64,000 nucleotides of DNA. It comes from Antedon mediterranea. Taxonomy: Eukaryota > Animalia > Echinodermata. The notes beneath the pieces were generated by a model, which saw only the letters and a list, made by a program, of their open reading frames with translations, did not search any database and was not told where the DNA came from. The DNA is taken from positions 10,540,001-10,604,000 of the forward strand of contig NC_092672.1 in the NCBI RefSeq assembly GCF_964355755.1, in the 5' to 3' direction. This document shows, one piece after another, positions 1-14,814 of this stretch (the first letter of the stretch is position 1; each line of letters opens with the position of its first letter). A program made the translations under genes and the position numbers.

Positions 1-383
1 ATTAGAACACATTCCCAATACCAGACTTTTAAGAAAACTTGAAAAAAATTCTCTTCTTTTAGATATCCGACACGCTTCATCTTATTCTTCCTTCACATTT
101 TTTTTCTTCTTGTTTTAATTGCTTATTGTTTCCTGTCTTTTCTTTCTAAGATGGCCAATATAATTTATTGTTTTATTTGATTTTCCTTTTTATTCTAATT
201 ATTTTGTGCATTATTTTATTTTGGTTATCTTTATAAATTCTATTTATTTTTATTTTATTTTATTTGTTGCATGTTTATATCTTATCATCTTGTATTTTTT
301 GAAGGGTCCCTAATCATCAGCTTATTGAAATAAAAAAACAATAAAATAAAAAAATCAGACATACGTTGTTATATAATAATATG

Positions 384-1063
384 TGGCCAGCCCAAAGGTG
401 TCCGGTATGGGAGAGAATTTTTATAATATATTATATTCCCTGCATATGTAAAGAATAGATTGAGGTTGCAGGTGTTGTAATTATGACTACAGAGTGTGAG
501 CATGTGCAGTCACCTATCCTTCACCCCATTAGCTTATTATTAGCCTTGTACATCCTAATTCACCTTAATCCATAAAGTTGCTTGTAAGGCGGGGTTGCAA
601 AATCAATTCTATTTTTTTTTAACGCAGGTAAACACAAAAATCGTATTTTTTTTTTTTTTTTTGTATAATTTTTTAATAGAATAATTACTGAAGTAATGTT
701 TGATACCGTCAACATACAGAGGATTTTCCAACATCATTTCTGTTCAGAAATTATTATTTATAATAATTTTAAATTTATTTTCATGGCTACTCTGATTTTT
801 TTTTGATTTTTTTTTTTGCCTCTTTCATTAATTATAATTTAATCACAATTAATTTTAAATATATAATATGATTTTCATTAATTTTACGAAAAAGCGATAT
901 TACGAATTTACCTGATTTGAAAAATGTAAATTTTTGATGATGAATTTTAAAATAATAATACAGTATGTATTTTTTGGAAACGATTTTTAACATGAAGATT
1001 TTATTTATTTATTCCAACAATAACTGTGCAACTCTCAATACCGGACACCCTTGGGCTGGTCTA
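384..1063. mobile_element. Non-autonomous DNA transposon (MITE) with ~30-bp TIRs, in a GNB intron
   Basis: GGCCAGCCCAAAGGTGTCCGGTATGGGAGAG at ~385 is the near reverse complement of CTCTCAATACCGGACACCCTTGGGCTGGTCTA ending at 1063. The interior is AT-rich and non-coding. TSD not resolved. Confidence 0.65.
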
Positions 1064-1356
1064 GTACAGTATGTCTGGTTTTCTGTATAGTCTGATCAGA
1101 ATGTGTTTCTAATGGTAAAAATGAATGTTGGACCTCTAGAAACGTCTGGTTTTAGGAGAGTTTCCGGTTTTTAGACTCCAGTATTGGTATTCCCAACTCA
1201 GCATTTTTCATTAACGTCATAGCAGTTTACCGTTTCCCTCTATTATCATAGAACTTCCTGAATGTTTGTTATTGTAGGTGTTTACACCCAAATGCTACCC
1301 ATGATCATTGTATTGTTGATAGAAATTTTAAGTAAATACTTGTTCTTATTCCATAG

Positions 1357-2119
<763 letters not shown>

Positions 2120-5100
2120 TCAGACTTATCCCCTCCCCTTCTCACTAGCAATTGTATTATATTTAGCCTAACTCATTTACTATGATGGGTTCTGCCCTGC
2201 CCTCAAAATGTAGTGAATTGTGCTCTCAATTGGGCTGTATAGGAGAAGACGGGCTTTAGTTGTCTTATCTAGTAGTGACACAGTGTACAAATGCTCAGAT
2301 TTCAAACTTTAAAAAAATCTTTGAAAAAAAATAACGAAGAAAAAAAAAGACCTAGGAAAAAAATTGTCAAGTCAGTCATTTGTTTTGAGTATGTTTTAGG
2401 CATGGAATCTGTCGTGAGAGGAGTGCTGGATTGGTTACCCCACCCTCTCGTTGTGTTCACATTACTGACGGAGCATTTTTGATCCCGGCACAATATTGCA
2501 ATTTTTCACGGTTTCAGATTTAAATGGATTGACTTCTCCCGACAGCGTTTATGAACTCTTGTACAGCGAGCACCCTTTACGATTGAGGTACAGCGCGGGA
2601 CTATGTGTGTATAGCATGTAAGGATGCCAGTATAATCACAGTGATATATCAACTCACTGGGCATGCGTGCACACGTTAACACACACACATAGTTGTCCCG
2701 AGTTCTCTGATCACCGTCAGACATTGTGCGTATAGTTTCACTGTTAGCTTTCTCGCATCGACGACTATTGCTGATCAGAGCGAGGTTAAAACTGTTCATT
2801 AGTGCTTGATAAATGAAAATACACAATTGTAGTGTGAATGTGGAATATTATGTTCTGCATATATTAGTGTAACTTTAATAGTTTCTTTTTATCAAATTCA
2901 CTGGCATTTTTTATCATGCCATGGAACACAGATTATTTCCCTTGTTTGATGTAAATGATGTAATGTTTATATTTTTGTTTTTCTCTAGTCCAGATATGTT
3001 TTTTGATTATCTTTTTTCTTAATTGTATTTTAAATATTCAATACACATTTGATTATAATATGTGGGTAAAATTCTCTTGACCGAGAGAGAATTTTCGTAG
3101 TTTAACATTACACCCACCTAAAGCATGGCGTATTAATTCTTGTATATTACTCGTAATTAGGCTAGGTTAGACTAAGTCCCATGTACGTGTATGTTATCGT
3201 GGACGTGCAATTCCTATAGTAGCACATTCAAGTTTTTCACGATTGACAGGTTTTGAGAATTTGTTTGTCAATCAGGTAAATGGCTATATTTATGCCAGAG
3301 AAAACAAACACTGCGTGTTTCTGTCCTGACAGAAATTCATATTGTGTTTGTCAACTTTTTAAGTTTATTTACGGACAGAATTTAACTTGCCCCAAAATAA
3401 GCTGGTAAGGTACTGCACTACGTACGTTTGAACAATCGTGCGCACTACACTCGCAATGTTTATGGTAACTGGAAAAATTCATCCTTGTAGGATTGTGTAT
3501 AGAAAGTGTTTTTCTCGACAATTGATATATTAACGTGAAGTTAACCCTCGCTGATCTTGTTGGGACAGTGTGAGCAACAAAAACCAGTGATGTCAATTCT
3601 GTACTTGGTGCCATTTATTTTCACTGGGTTTATATTTGTTCAATCTTTAGTGTTTTAGAAGGTGCTAAATCAGACTTCACTTTTTCAACTGAGCATTTTA
3701 GTTATTTAAATCATGTTCGACAATATCTTAATCAGCTTATTTTTTTTCTCCTGATTGGAAATTGTATATATTATATATTGAGAGCATATGAGAGCGTCTT
3801 TAATGGTTCGTAGAAACGATTAATTTAAGCATTAATACAGAATAAATGCAACGTGTACAAGTGTCGTCGTTGCAGGCGTTTTCTAGTAATATACAAACAA
3901 CCGTTTAAGCTTTTAAAAAATCACTAGTTTTTACTTACTGTTACATGTTGCCTATTTTTAATTGTATGTAACTGTTTCTGTTATCTCTCTCGTCAAGTAT
4001 ATAGTATGTATCCATGCACACAGACTTTTGAAAAACATTGACTTCAATATACAGTATACAGAACACACACACACACACTGATTGCAGGTGGCTATTGCCA
4101 CCTGGATAGTGAATGCACAGTAATGTTGTTTTCAATTGACTCGTTGAATCTATTTTCTCTAGTAGCAAATTGTATACTAAAAAAAAGTTAGCACATGATC
4201 GTATAAGAGAATTTATTTATTTCTGAATGATGTTATTTCAGAATAACATTAATTATAATATATCAAAATATATACATTAAACTAAAGGGTGACTTATTTT
4301 ATAAAATATCATAATATACTGTAATAATGTAATAAATGATTTTTTTAGGGTGAGTTACAATATAGTAATCAACTACTATGCTTGTTTCTATCGGTACAAG
4401 CAATATCTTGTTTGTCCGCAATATAGAGCATCGCCATCTGGTATTTTATACCATAGATAAAAAATTGTTACGAATTCATTGGAATAGAAAATTAAATTAT
4501 CTCTACAAGGCCCATTTATTTGGTTACTTCTACTGCATTTTCAATAACGAATAAAATTCTGAAAAATTACTTAAAGTATATAAATATATAATATATAAAT
4601 AGGTGTTATTTCACTAAAACCTGTAATTGGCTTCATGATAATTGTGAAATTTAACATGTTGAGATTCATTTATGTTGCGTTAATCTCTAGGAATGAAAGT
4701 AAATTTAATAAAAACCAAAACTGAAGCTGTTTACATCAAATACGCTTCACTGATGACACAATAAAAGACATTCCGATTGAAGACGAGATCGATACAATTT
4801 AGTACTGGAAAATACAGTCGTTTTTGTTCTCGATTTCTTAAATTCTGGGTCCGAGTCATGACCATTTAAGATTACAGGTTTAAGAATATAGTATAAACTA
4901 ATGTTAACTTTGAGATTGGGGCCTTTTGGTGCCATTGATAATGTAAGGGCAAATATCACTTGGATTCAACGAGAGCCCATGTGTGTTGCCTAACATTAAA
5001 CGTGTTAGCATGCAAATTGGGTCAAACATAATGGACGGTGCGTTTGATAGCTTTGATGTCAGAGGGTAAAAATATTTGTACAAAGTGTTTAAATGATGAT

Positions 5101-7229
5101 GCATTGTGTAGAACTGTTGTTGGCATCCTGGGGGTGAAATTTAAAGGATGCTTTGTATCTCTTAGCGGAGAAATCGGTGCATATGTTATCAGATTGCGCA
5201 CAGTTCAGTAATATTCATGAGAGAAAAATTATGATTTTTGGCTTTGTACCGTAATTCCATTATCACAAGTAATACTATTCCATTTTATAGATGAAAAGTA
5301 GTAGGTTTTAGAACACACAGATAGTTAATACTTCTGATAAGTATCTGATTCACGTTCTATTGGTGTATAACTTTTGAATTGTAGAAATTTAGGTCATCAA
5401 TAACCATGTTGTCATGTATTATCTATTTACTTCGTGACAAAAAAGGGGGGGCGTAGATTTCAAAAGCTTTTTCTTCTTTTCGGGACGAAGCTCTGAAAAC
5501 CACGTCCCCCTTTTGGGGGTGGAGCTTCGAAAAGCTATATCCCTATTTTAGGGGTGGACTCTATGAGACGTACCCCACTGGGAAAAAGCTTTTGTCACAT
5601 TTCCCACTTTCGAAAGGAGTTTTTATTAACGTCCTTTTGGTGGCGCTTCTATGAGCCACATCCCTACTTTGGGGGTGGAGCCATGCCCCTCTTTTAGTCT
5701 TTTTCTCACGCTGATTTTGTAAGTTGGTAAAGCTAGCTATCTTATTAAAATGTGTAAGGTGTTTTTGTGTATCGGACAAGGCTAGACAATATTTAGTAGC
5801 CTCTTGTGACCTTTGGTGTGGCAGGGTCCATTTAAAGGACATATGCACTCCTTATCGATACATCTTGTGGACTTATGTATGATGTGATTAAGTTGTCAAT
5901 TAAATGTTCCCACAGTAGAAAACAATGTTTCCTTGTCTTTTTTTTTTGTCTTGTATGTACACAATGTTACCAGAATTTTCCAAACACTGCCTTCTATGTA
6001 TTTGCAGGTAGGAAGACTATTGGTACTGTATTTCTTGGAAGGCATTATGCAACAGTATCGCGTTCAATGCAATTCCACATAATTATAAAATATAAAAAGC
6101 CAGATGTAGCTGATTTGCGTTGTGTGTGCACTATGATCTACAATAATATATAAAATTATATTTATTATGTATATTATCCAAGAAGCTCGTGGTATATAGG
6201 ATTAGGCCCTCTATGTACCCATTGTAGCTGCAGTGCAGAAATTCCAGGTCCCATAGACATTTATTTTTGTGTGCACATGCTTGTTCTTCAAGCAAACCAA
6301 CGGCATTATTACTCATCCAAAGGACAAGAGCAACTTGCCCAAAAGAATGTGTACAGTATAAATAGTGGTCTTTTTTGGAACTTGTATTCTTCCTGGATCA
6401 AATCACTTCAAATAATATTACATATTTTGTCACTCAAATTCAATAATTATTACAAAACAATACATAGCTGTTTATTCAATTTTTATTTTGTATAGCATAC
6501 ATTGGGCCACAACTGACACAAATTAACCAAACTATAAAGGAAATGTTCATGCTATTGTGATACTGTACTGCATTTTAGTATAGTATCACCCTTAAGCAAA
6601 GTAATGTCCTAACAGAATTGAATTCCTGTGTACAAATTGTATACTGTAATAGTTTTACCATAGACTAATAGATCCATGGATTTGATAATTAAAAAAAAAG
6701 ATTAAATTGACAATGAAGTATACTCCAAAAAATAATATCACTCAAATATATTTTTGTTTTTTTTTCTTCTCGCTTTTAAGTGCCATGCAAGGAATAAATA
6801 TATATTTCTATATTTTCAAATATGTAATATTCTAAAAATAGGGTATTGCACTATTATTACCAAAAGTGCAATAATCAAAAGTACATTAGACTACTAAGCA
6901 ATATACTATATAACAGATTATGTTGTTGGTATATAGCATATGCACAGTACTGTAGAATAGATTAATTGCTATTTATTTACACAGATTTCATCTACACTAC
7001 ATATCCAGTTTAAAACTCCACATACAGTACAGTACTTAAACCTACAAAAATATAGTAGCATTATGCCTGTTTTGTCATCATCATCACTCTATTTTTATTC
7101 TACATTTCACTGAAATTAGAAGGTGCCTCCACCGTACCATTATTAAATAAATCAATAAAAATTTTAAAGTGTAATACTGTAAAAACATTGTCTATGTTCT
7201 CTCTAAATCGGGCACCTCTGTTCGACACT

Positions 7230-7694
7230 AGGAACTTTACGAAACACGACGGGAGGCCACAGAACGGTGCTCATGAATCATGATAAAGTTGCCATTTTCC
7301 CCGACTAGAAATAATGTACATATAACCTTAAATATACAGTTCAAATTACACTTAAATGTGAAATTTTAAAAACTCTAAACAATATTTGAACTTCTAATTT
7401 GTTTAATGAAATAACATTTTTATTGGGTTAAAATGGCTGTGTTAAAAGCGGCGTCTGAATGCAAGGCCCTCAGCTAGGAAGGCTAGGCCTATATGTATCA
7501 CCAGAGCCAAGCGATTCAGAAGGGACCGCGTCACGAGACAGGGGAGGGATCGGAGAGAGATACTGCCAGTCGTTATCTTCGCGCACGGTTTCGTAACTAA
7601 TAAAACAGCTGTGCCGACTGTATATGATTTTATGCTCTTGCGAACACAGGATATTCGTCGTCCTCTCCGAACCGTCGTGTTTCGTAAAGTCCCT
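7230..7694. mobile_element. PIF/Harbinger-superfamily-type MITE with ACT target duplication
   Basis: TIRs AGGAACTTTACGAAACACGACGG / CCGTCGTGTTTCGTAAAGTCCCT, with ACT on both flanks (7227-7229, 7695-7697). Confidence 0.75.
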
Positions 7695-7999
7695 ACTAAC
7701 TTGTCCCAAGTCTCTAGTTATTTTTTTTTTATGTTGTTAGTATTCCAATTGGCTTTTTATTATACGCATGAAAATTTGCCAAAATGTCTATCTTTAAACA
7801 ATACTCAATCGCCGACGCAGACTAGAACCTAGATTAGTTGGGCATTTACAATACATCTATAGTATGAATTGGGTTCTTGTTGTATGCGAAATTTGGAGAA
7901 GTAGTAGCCTAATATTACAAAACTTTATTAATAGAATAGTCCCGGAAGACCCAACATACACCAAGTGTTTGGCTAAACAGTTTGCATTACAAGTCCTTC

Positions 8000-8090
8000 G
8001 TATTAGTTTCGTGCAACGCAACTTTACAGCTCACTATGTCGGTAAGCAATAACTTGGGCACGCGACTGCAGCCATGTATATGGCCTTGTT
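8000..8090 (+). mobile_element. Short HINE/DINE-1-like (Helentron-associated) element, degenerate copy
   Basis: Shares ACAGCTCACTATGTCGGT...GCACGCGACTGCAGCC...TATATGGCCTTGTTT with the copy at 47792-47891. Confidence 0.55.
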
Positions 8091-8454
8091 TGCTTCCTAT
8101 CATAATGATTTCTTCAGGCCTACTTATACCTTAAAAAATAAAAGGTTATTCTAATAGGCCTCCACTACTCAATTAATGCCTTCAAATTATTTACACATTT
8201 TTTTAATTTACATTTTTTTACAATCATACTTTTTTATACAAAAAAAAATAAAGTGCATTGAGCTAGCCTTTACAGTGTAATGCACTACAATATACAAGCC
8301 TAATTATTATTATAATGAAGGTGGTTGGTAAAACTAATTCAAGAATTATCTAGCTTGAAGTATAATTGCTAAATGCTTGAAGTTATAGACTCTTGCAACT
8401 AGCATAATATGTCCAGCTGCTGGTATATATAACCATACCATTAAATAAGACCAC

Positions 8455-11400
8455 CTATCTTCCTGGAAAAAAGAAAACTTTTTTCCTGAGCATGGTGACG
8501 GGTGCTGGCATTTGCTTGTGTCTCCCATTTGAAGACTCGTACGCATACGCTACTTTTTGGTTCACCTGAATAAAAGAAAAAATTATTTGATGAATTATTA
8601 TGAAGTTTTTATTTCTTGGCCCTCGCTCACAAATTCAGATTTTTAGGAGAAATTAGTCTGAGATTTCCGATGTCAGGGAACTTAGATGTTTGTCAGAAAA
8701 TTCAGATGTTTGTCAAAGAACTCAGATGATGTTTGTCAAAGAACTCAGATGTTTGTCAAAGAATTCATATGTTTGTCAGGGAACTCAGATGTTTTTCAGG
8801 AAACTCAGATGTTTTTCAGGAAACTCAGATGTTTGTCAAAGAACTCAGATGTTTGTCAAAGAACTCAGATGTTTGTCAAAGAACTCAGATGTTTGTCAAA
8901 GAATTCAGATGTTTGTCAGGGAACTCAGATGTTTGTCAGGGAACTCAGATATTTGTTACAAATCAATTTCTTCTCTGGGAACTTTGATGATTGATAAATC
9001 GGATCTATTTTAGGGAACTTGTATCCGTGTCTGAGACCCAGTGCCACTGTGGTACAAGAGGTCCTGAAGCAGAAAGTCTTAAGCCTGGTTTCCATAAAAT
9101 CGCTACACGACAGAGCGTAGCGATTCTACATTAGGTGTACATCCCCATTAGAACTTTTTGGTCAAAATCCTTATCAGATAAATCAACTAAGCAGGTGATT
9201 AATGACCTGAATCCTATTATACCCCTGTGATTTTATTAGCTCTCTTGTAATTGATTGATTAGGAAAAGGTACATTCTTCAGTATGCAAGGTCAATGGTCA
9301 GGCAAAAACTAGCAGAAGTCGGCGATGATCAAAAGGTTTAACGACCTGTCTATCAAAGTTGGACTTATATAAACACATGTCACAGTAGGAGGTTAAGTGA
9401 CATTTACCCGAAGTTTTGAAAAACTTCGGGTCAAAATGAACACATTCTCTAATGGGGCTGTACACGTAATGTATGGAAACGCTAGAAGTTATCGGGGATC
9501 TAGTACGCGAGCGCTAAATATTCTTTGGTACGCGTATACGATTCATCACGGACAAAATCGGCAAAGTTGAACATGATTAAACTTTGCCGATTTGACTGCG
9601 ATGAATCGGGGAGCCTTCCCGATTGCATCGGCAACATCTACGCGTGTAGCGATTTTAATGGAAACTCTGTAACGATTTTATGGAAACCAGGCTTTAACTT
9701 ACCATTGTCATCATTGAAAGCAAATCCTCTGTACTTGCATGCTGTAGCAGTACCTCACATAATGCTTGTATAAACCAAGACCCACATTTTGAATTCCTCC
9801 ACGACACAAATCCTAGTATAAGAAAAGAAAACAATTAGTACATTATTACTCTGTATTTCATTCAATTTAAACATTTGTTAAATGCAGCAAACAAGACTAT
9901 GTAAACATCGCGGCAGTGTCATCTTTCAAGTTTAGAACGTAACAGACGAATCACTCACCACATTCTAACAACTCCTCAAATCCCACCTTTTTAATTTTCA
10001 CTTTTAACAATTAATTTTTTGCTTTTTACATTTTCTGTTGATTGTTACTGTTAGCGCTTAGAGGGTGCCCTGCATTTTGCGCTAAATTGAACATTTCAAG
10101 CAAATAATGAATTCAGCTAAATTGAGATTTTAGGAGTAAGTGTATGTATAATTCTGAGAAAGTTTGTTTTCAAGTTTATACATTTGGGCTCGTCATGAGT
10201 AAATGCAATTTCCCTAAGAAATTTTGACTAATCCTTGGATAAGTGACTAACAGTAGTACTATAATATTTAAAAATTATTTACCTGGAACAGTAGCATATG
10301 CCAGCAGCATGTCACTCTGGCTTGGTAATTTATCGCGCATAGCATCAACTAAATCTTCACCCATCTCTGGCTGACTGCTAAATGCGGAATCACTCATAGG
10401 AGTAAGTGACGATTGAAAGTTGAATTGTTGAGGGGTGAATTCTTGGCGAGCGGCGTGAACATTTGATTGATCAATAACGGAAGCGCCATCTGTTGACTCA
10501 ATTCCGTTATCAACACTCTCTTTAAATGAAAAAAAAAATTAGTTTACTTTTTTTATTTGTATCATACAAAGATTTGTCTTGGGAAATAGCGCCAAATTAA
10601 AAACCTAGGTGCCCCGTCGGGTAGGGCAAAAATTTCAGTGTTCAGACCAACATTTATCAAGCGTTAATAGAAAAGTTTTAGCAACATTGAACAGGGAATT
10701 CTAAGAGAAGGCATGATACATTAATCTTGTGTATTGGATTGACAGCATTAGAATACCTTTAGTACTACCAGTATTAAAATCCAAAAACTAAAACACAATT
10801 AAATATATCTTTACGATTTGATTGGTTGAATTCCAACAGGTCATCTACCATTGTACAAGCCTGTTATTCATCAACAAACAATAGTTGGTAGCTTTTGATT
10901 TGCGACGACTGGAAACCAACCTAGGTCAGGTCATCAAACCTGTGTCAGAACACACGGCCCACAATACCTCCAAATGCGCACAATGAATTAACATATTGCT
11001 CTTACCCCCTCTGCAAGCTTGTAGAAAAAACAACTTGGGTTTTCCAGCTAATGTTGGACACTTGTTAGCGTGAAAGCAGTTGGTTAATTCTTCAATACCT
11101 ATAATACCCTCATCAGTGCCAAACAGACCGCCATTTGTTCCATGCGTTAAAATGCAAACAACCAAACAATCGAACTTTGAATGGTCAAACGCGCTTAGTG
11201 CCTGAAATAGTGCTTTAATTCCCTGAAAAAAAAATTTCAAAAAAAGAACATGATTTGTTGTACATACCCATATCATTATGCAAAGTTTTCAATGAGTTTA
11301 TGTGTGGTGTTTTCACAGTTTATAGTATACGTATTGTGTTAGTGAGATATGACTTTCCCTCTTTTATTTCTATGGGAAATCTTGGAAACATAGTTTTAAC

Positions 11401-14254
11401 TTTTATTACCCTTTTTACACTGCCAAACTAAGCTGTGTCTGGTCCGAATATACAGTATTTCCTCTTTACAGCTGATTAGTAACCCAGGGTTCCAAACTCA
11501 TTTTTTTGATTAATTGAATCTCTCAAGCATGAAGAGACCATGGACTGTACCTATCACAAACAATAGAACCCATCCCTTAGGACACCCCTAATCAGGGGAA
11601 ACCATATTTTAGCGCAAACTTTCCTATAAAACAAATGTGAGGAAATATGTTTCAACACTTATTCAGAGGATGCCCTTATAAAGGGGCCACTTTGTCAGGT
11701 CCTGAAGGTGTCCCTTAATAGGGGTCTGCAGTATGTATTGAAATAAAATACATAAAATCAATACTTACTGAAGCAGTTAAATTTTCATTTTTCTGAACAT
11801 CAAAGCCGAGTCTACTAAAAACGTACTGAAGATTACGAACATCATATTCCGTACCTAACCTTTGTTTCATGGTTTTAAACTTGTCATTATTGATAATTAT
11901 AGCCAATCCACGCGGACTTGTACACATTTTATAAACCTTAAACAAAGAAAAAATGACTTATACAGTGATACTAGAAAAAATCATACACAAATTATACACA
12001 AAAAATAAAACATTAATTCAGAATAATTACTTCACAATGCGTTGTGTACATTAATGTCAATGTGGTTTGTGTGATACAAACTATGTTGGTTACTAAAGTG
12101 TAAACAATTCTTTTTATCAAATCAATTACGAGAGATTAGATGGTAAATACCTTCTTATCTTGACAGTTTCGTTGTTCGTCAGAAGAATGAATACCTTTAA
12201 TTAGACAGACTGACCTCTAGAGGGCCAGGTCTGTCTAATGACATGGTCATATACATGTGACTCAGTTGGTGTGCGCTTTTGACTCAGTGTTTTATCTTCT
12301 TCGTATTCAAATTGCCTGTTTAATGCACCTGTCACATATATTCGTAATTTTTAAATAGCAACACAACAACAGTAAATAGAAAATAACTTACCCTGTCTGG
12401 ATCAATGTTCGGAATCACTGTTGATGGTTGCGAAACAGGCATACCCGTCACATCAGGGTTTACGCCTAACTGCAGATGATCTAAAATGAAAAATATCCAC
12501 TTTAAATGTTTGTTTGGATCAACTTTATTTAGGCCTACACTCAGGATCAGCCTAAGTGTAATCCATTGGTACAACAGGGCCAAAGTCAGCATGAGGAAGA
12601 CGAGGTGCTTGCCTCAACTAAATTTCAATTTTCACCACCCACCCCATTCCTCATATTTTACATTAATAATTATATTTAAAGCATTTTTGCCTCCCCTGTT
12701 TTTAAACTCTCACTACGGCCTTGGGTACGGTCAAATTATTAGACCGTTTACCATGCACTGATTTTCTGAAACACTTGCAATTGACAATAGTTTTCACACC
12801 AAATATTTATTATTGGCATTGTAAATACTAATTTACATGCATGTTGGGGGAATAGAAAACATTAAATGGTTGGCTGTGCCTATAAAGAACTACAACATTA
12901 CAAAGCGAGGGAGAGACACAATTATAATACACAATATAACATAATAATAAGCTAACCTCCTGATATTTGATTTGAAATATTTCTATGATCTGCTTGTACA
13001 TATCTCGCTGTCCCATTCAAATTCCCAGCATACCCATTTCCCACATGTTCTTGTTTGATTGGCACTGCTGATGATTCCTGTTCCATAGGTACTCCTCCCG
13101 GATAAGCTTCTTCAGTTCGATCAGATATCACATTGCGTGAAATACCGGGAATTAAATTATCGGCCAAGTGCCCGTAACCAGTTTCCACAAGCGACTCGGC
13201 AAACGCTTTGTACGCCTTTGGGCCACGTGTTTCAATGTCATTTAGAAGAAAGTTTGTAATCCTTTGCTTACTGCCTTTTGACTAGAGTACACAAAAGTTA
13301 AAAAACATAAATTAATGTATACTGTACATGTAGTATAATAGCCACATAACAAAGAACAAATTCTTGTCAGAAATAGGACTGTATGGTCAAAACTGGCTGA
13401 TAAAGGTCTCAGTTTTATCACATGAATTATTCATTATTTTTAAGTACAAGTCAGTAGCATATTGGGTATAATACTGTGTTTTGCATGTCATGGCCTGGGC
13501 TCGGGCCTCATGAAAATGCGGTTTTATTTTTCAATTGGAAGAAGAGATTATTTGAAGAGCTAGGTAGAATATTTAGAGGTTTAGGTAGATTATTTTGAGC
13601 GACGTTAGGCAAAAAGATTTAATATTTAAACACACAACAAACAAAAGCTGTGACGATACCATATTTTTTTCAAAAGCTTGGATACAATACCATATACAAT
13701 ATTATACTACATTATAGCATATTTTTCTATGTATTTTTCAAAATTTGTTGTTATTATCTCAGTTTTATTGTATTTTCCTAGTTGACAGTGGCTGGTCAAG
13801 CACATCACAAGATGACAGTTTTATTACTTTTGCTTTTCCGCTACTCCCCTGTTATACTTATATGTTTTTTTGTTATGTAGAAAGATTGAAAAAAAAACAA
13901 AAAATTATTAATAAATAAACATATTCTTTTGAAGATTGCATATGATACCATGATATCTGTTTCGCAAAGCAATATGAAATGACACAATTTCTACCTAGTT
14001 TTAGCCTTGTGGTCGTAATACTGCACTAAAGAAAATTTATTTTGGTTAGGCACTATACAAAAGACAATTATTATACCATATTCTTTACCACAGCGAACGT
14101 TCTTTATAGGACAAGGACTTACCAAAATGTCTTCCATTTTTCTTGATGAATATATCATTCTGTCTACTAGTTTTTCCAATACATCTATGGCATCTATACT
14201 TTGAGCTAAAGCAACACGATTCATCCGCAGTGTCTTTTTATGTTTAGGGTCCAT
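8455..14254 (-). CDS. CASP9: CARD-domain initiator caspase, caspase-9-like (462 aa)
   Basis: Coding exons (minus strand): 14254-14123, 13281-12957, 12480-12392, 11936-11769, 11222-11006, 10519-10283, 9812-9703, 8565-8455. All are GT-AG and phases are consistent (1389 nt). CARD: MDPKHKKTLRMNRVAL...MEDIL / DIETRGPKAYKAF. p20: PRGLAIIINN, ILTHG, KPKLFFLQACRG. p10: SDMLLAYATVPGFVSWRN...GSWFIQ...KQMPAPVTMLRKKVFF. The CARD sequence (cf. human IEDIQ...DLETRGSQA) and the DLVD|A linker favour CASP9 over CASP2. Confidence 0.85.
8671..8960. repeat. 20-bp minisatellite (GAACTCAGATGTTTGTCAAA)n, ~14 copies
   Basis: Direct tandem units visible in the last caspase intron. They explain the three overlapping spurious ORFs. 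Confidence 0.93.
9082..9693. mobile_element. Harbinger-type MITE (TTA TSD) hosting a nested MITE
   Basis: AGCCTGGTTTCCATAAAATCG...CGATTTTATGGAAACCAGGCT, flanked by TTA/TTA. Confidence 0.8.
9129..9471. mobile_element. TA-targeting MITE nested in the Harbinger-type MITE
   Basis: CATTAGGTGTACATCCCCATTAGA / TCTAATGGGGCTGTACACGTAATG with TA on both sides. Removing it restores CGATTCTATGGAAAC, the host's internal repeat motif. Confidence 0.75.
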
Positions 14255-14620
14255 TGTACCTATAGTTATATTGAATGAAAATTTTTTAGCATAGTTTATT
14301 GGGGATTTGTTACAAAATTGTGAAGACTGCTCAACAAATGCCAAATGAAACTCTTATAAATCACATGACACATTACATTTTGTGATCAAAATTTTAATGT
14401 GTACTTAAGTTTTCTTACCACATTGGTACATCTATGCTCTGTAACACACACGATTGACCAATTTCCTATGATAATGGAATTTATATTTATGGGAAATACC
14501 CTAGCTAGATTGAAATGCATAATGTGTTTATTGTTGTTTTCAAAACGCTGTCTGTTTTGTCACTTCAGCAGTCAGTCAGGGCAATGACGTCATTATTAAT
14601 GGTCATCAACATGATTGAAC

Positions 14621-14691
14621 CATGGAGGTATAAAAATATTTTTATACCTCCATGATTGAACCATGTATGGAGGTATATTTATACCTCCATG
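14621..14691. repeat. Two tandem micro-palindromes CATG...CATG separated and flanked by ATTGAAC
   Basis: 14621-14654 is the perfect palindrome CATGGAGGTATAAAAATATTTTTATACCTCCATG. 14662-14691 is a variant copy. ATTGAAC occurs at 14614, 14655 and 14692. Confidence 0.8.
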
Positions 14692-14814
14692 ATTGAACGA
14701 AGTTATAAAATATAAATTATTAGTTTTTAGGGGCATATCCCTAACAGCTAACTTATCTAATTAATCCGGCCTCTAGATCGAGGGCCAATAGGATTTCTTC
14801 CTAGAGTAAACTTT

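Noticed and set aside
8686-9013. Three overlapping ~100-aa ORFs
   Set aside because: Artefacts of the 20-bp minisatellite.
12201-12238. 38-bp hairpin TTAGACAGAC...GTCTGTCTAA in a caspase intron
   Set aside because: Single occurrence with no TSD, insufficient to call an element or RNA.
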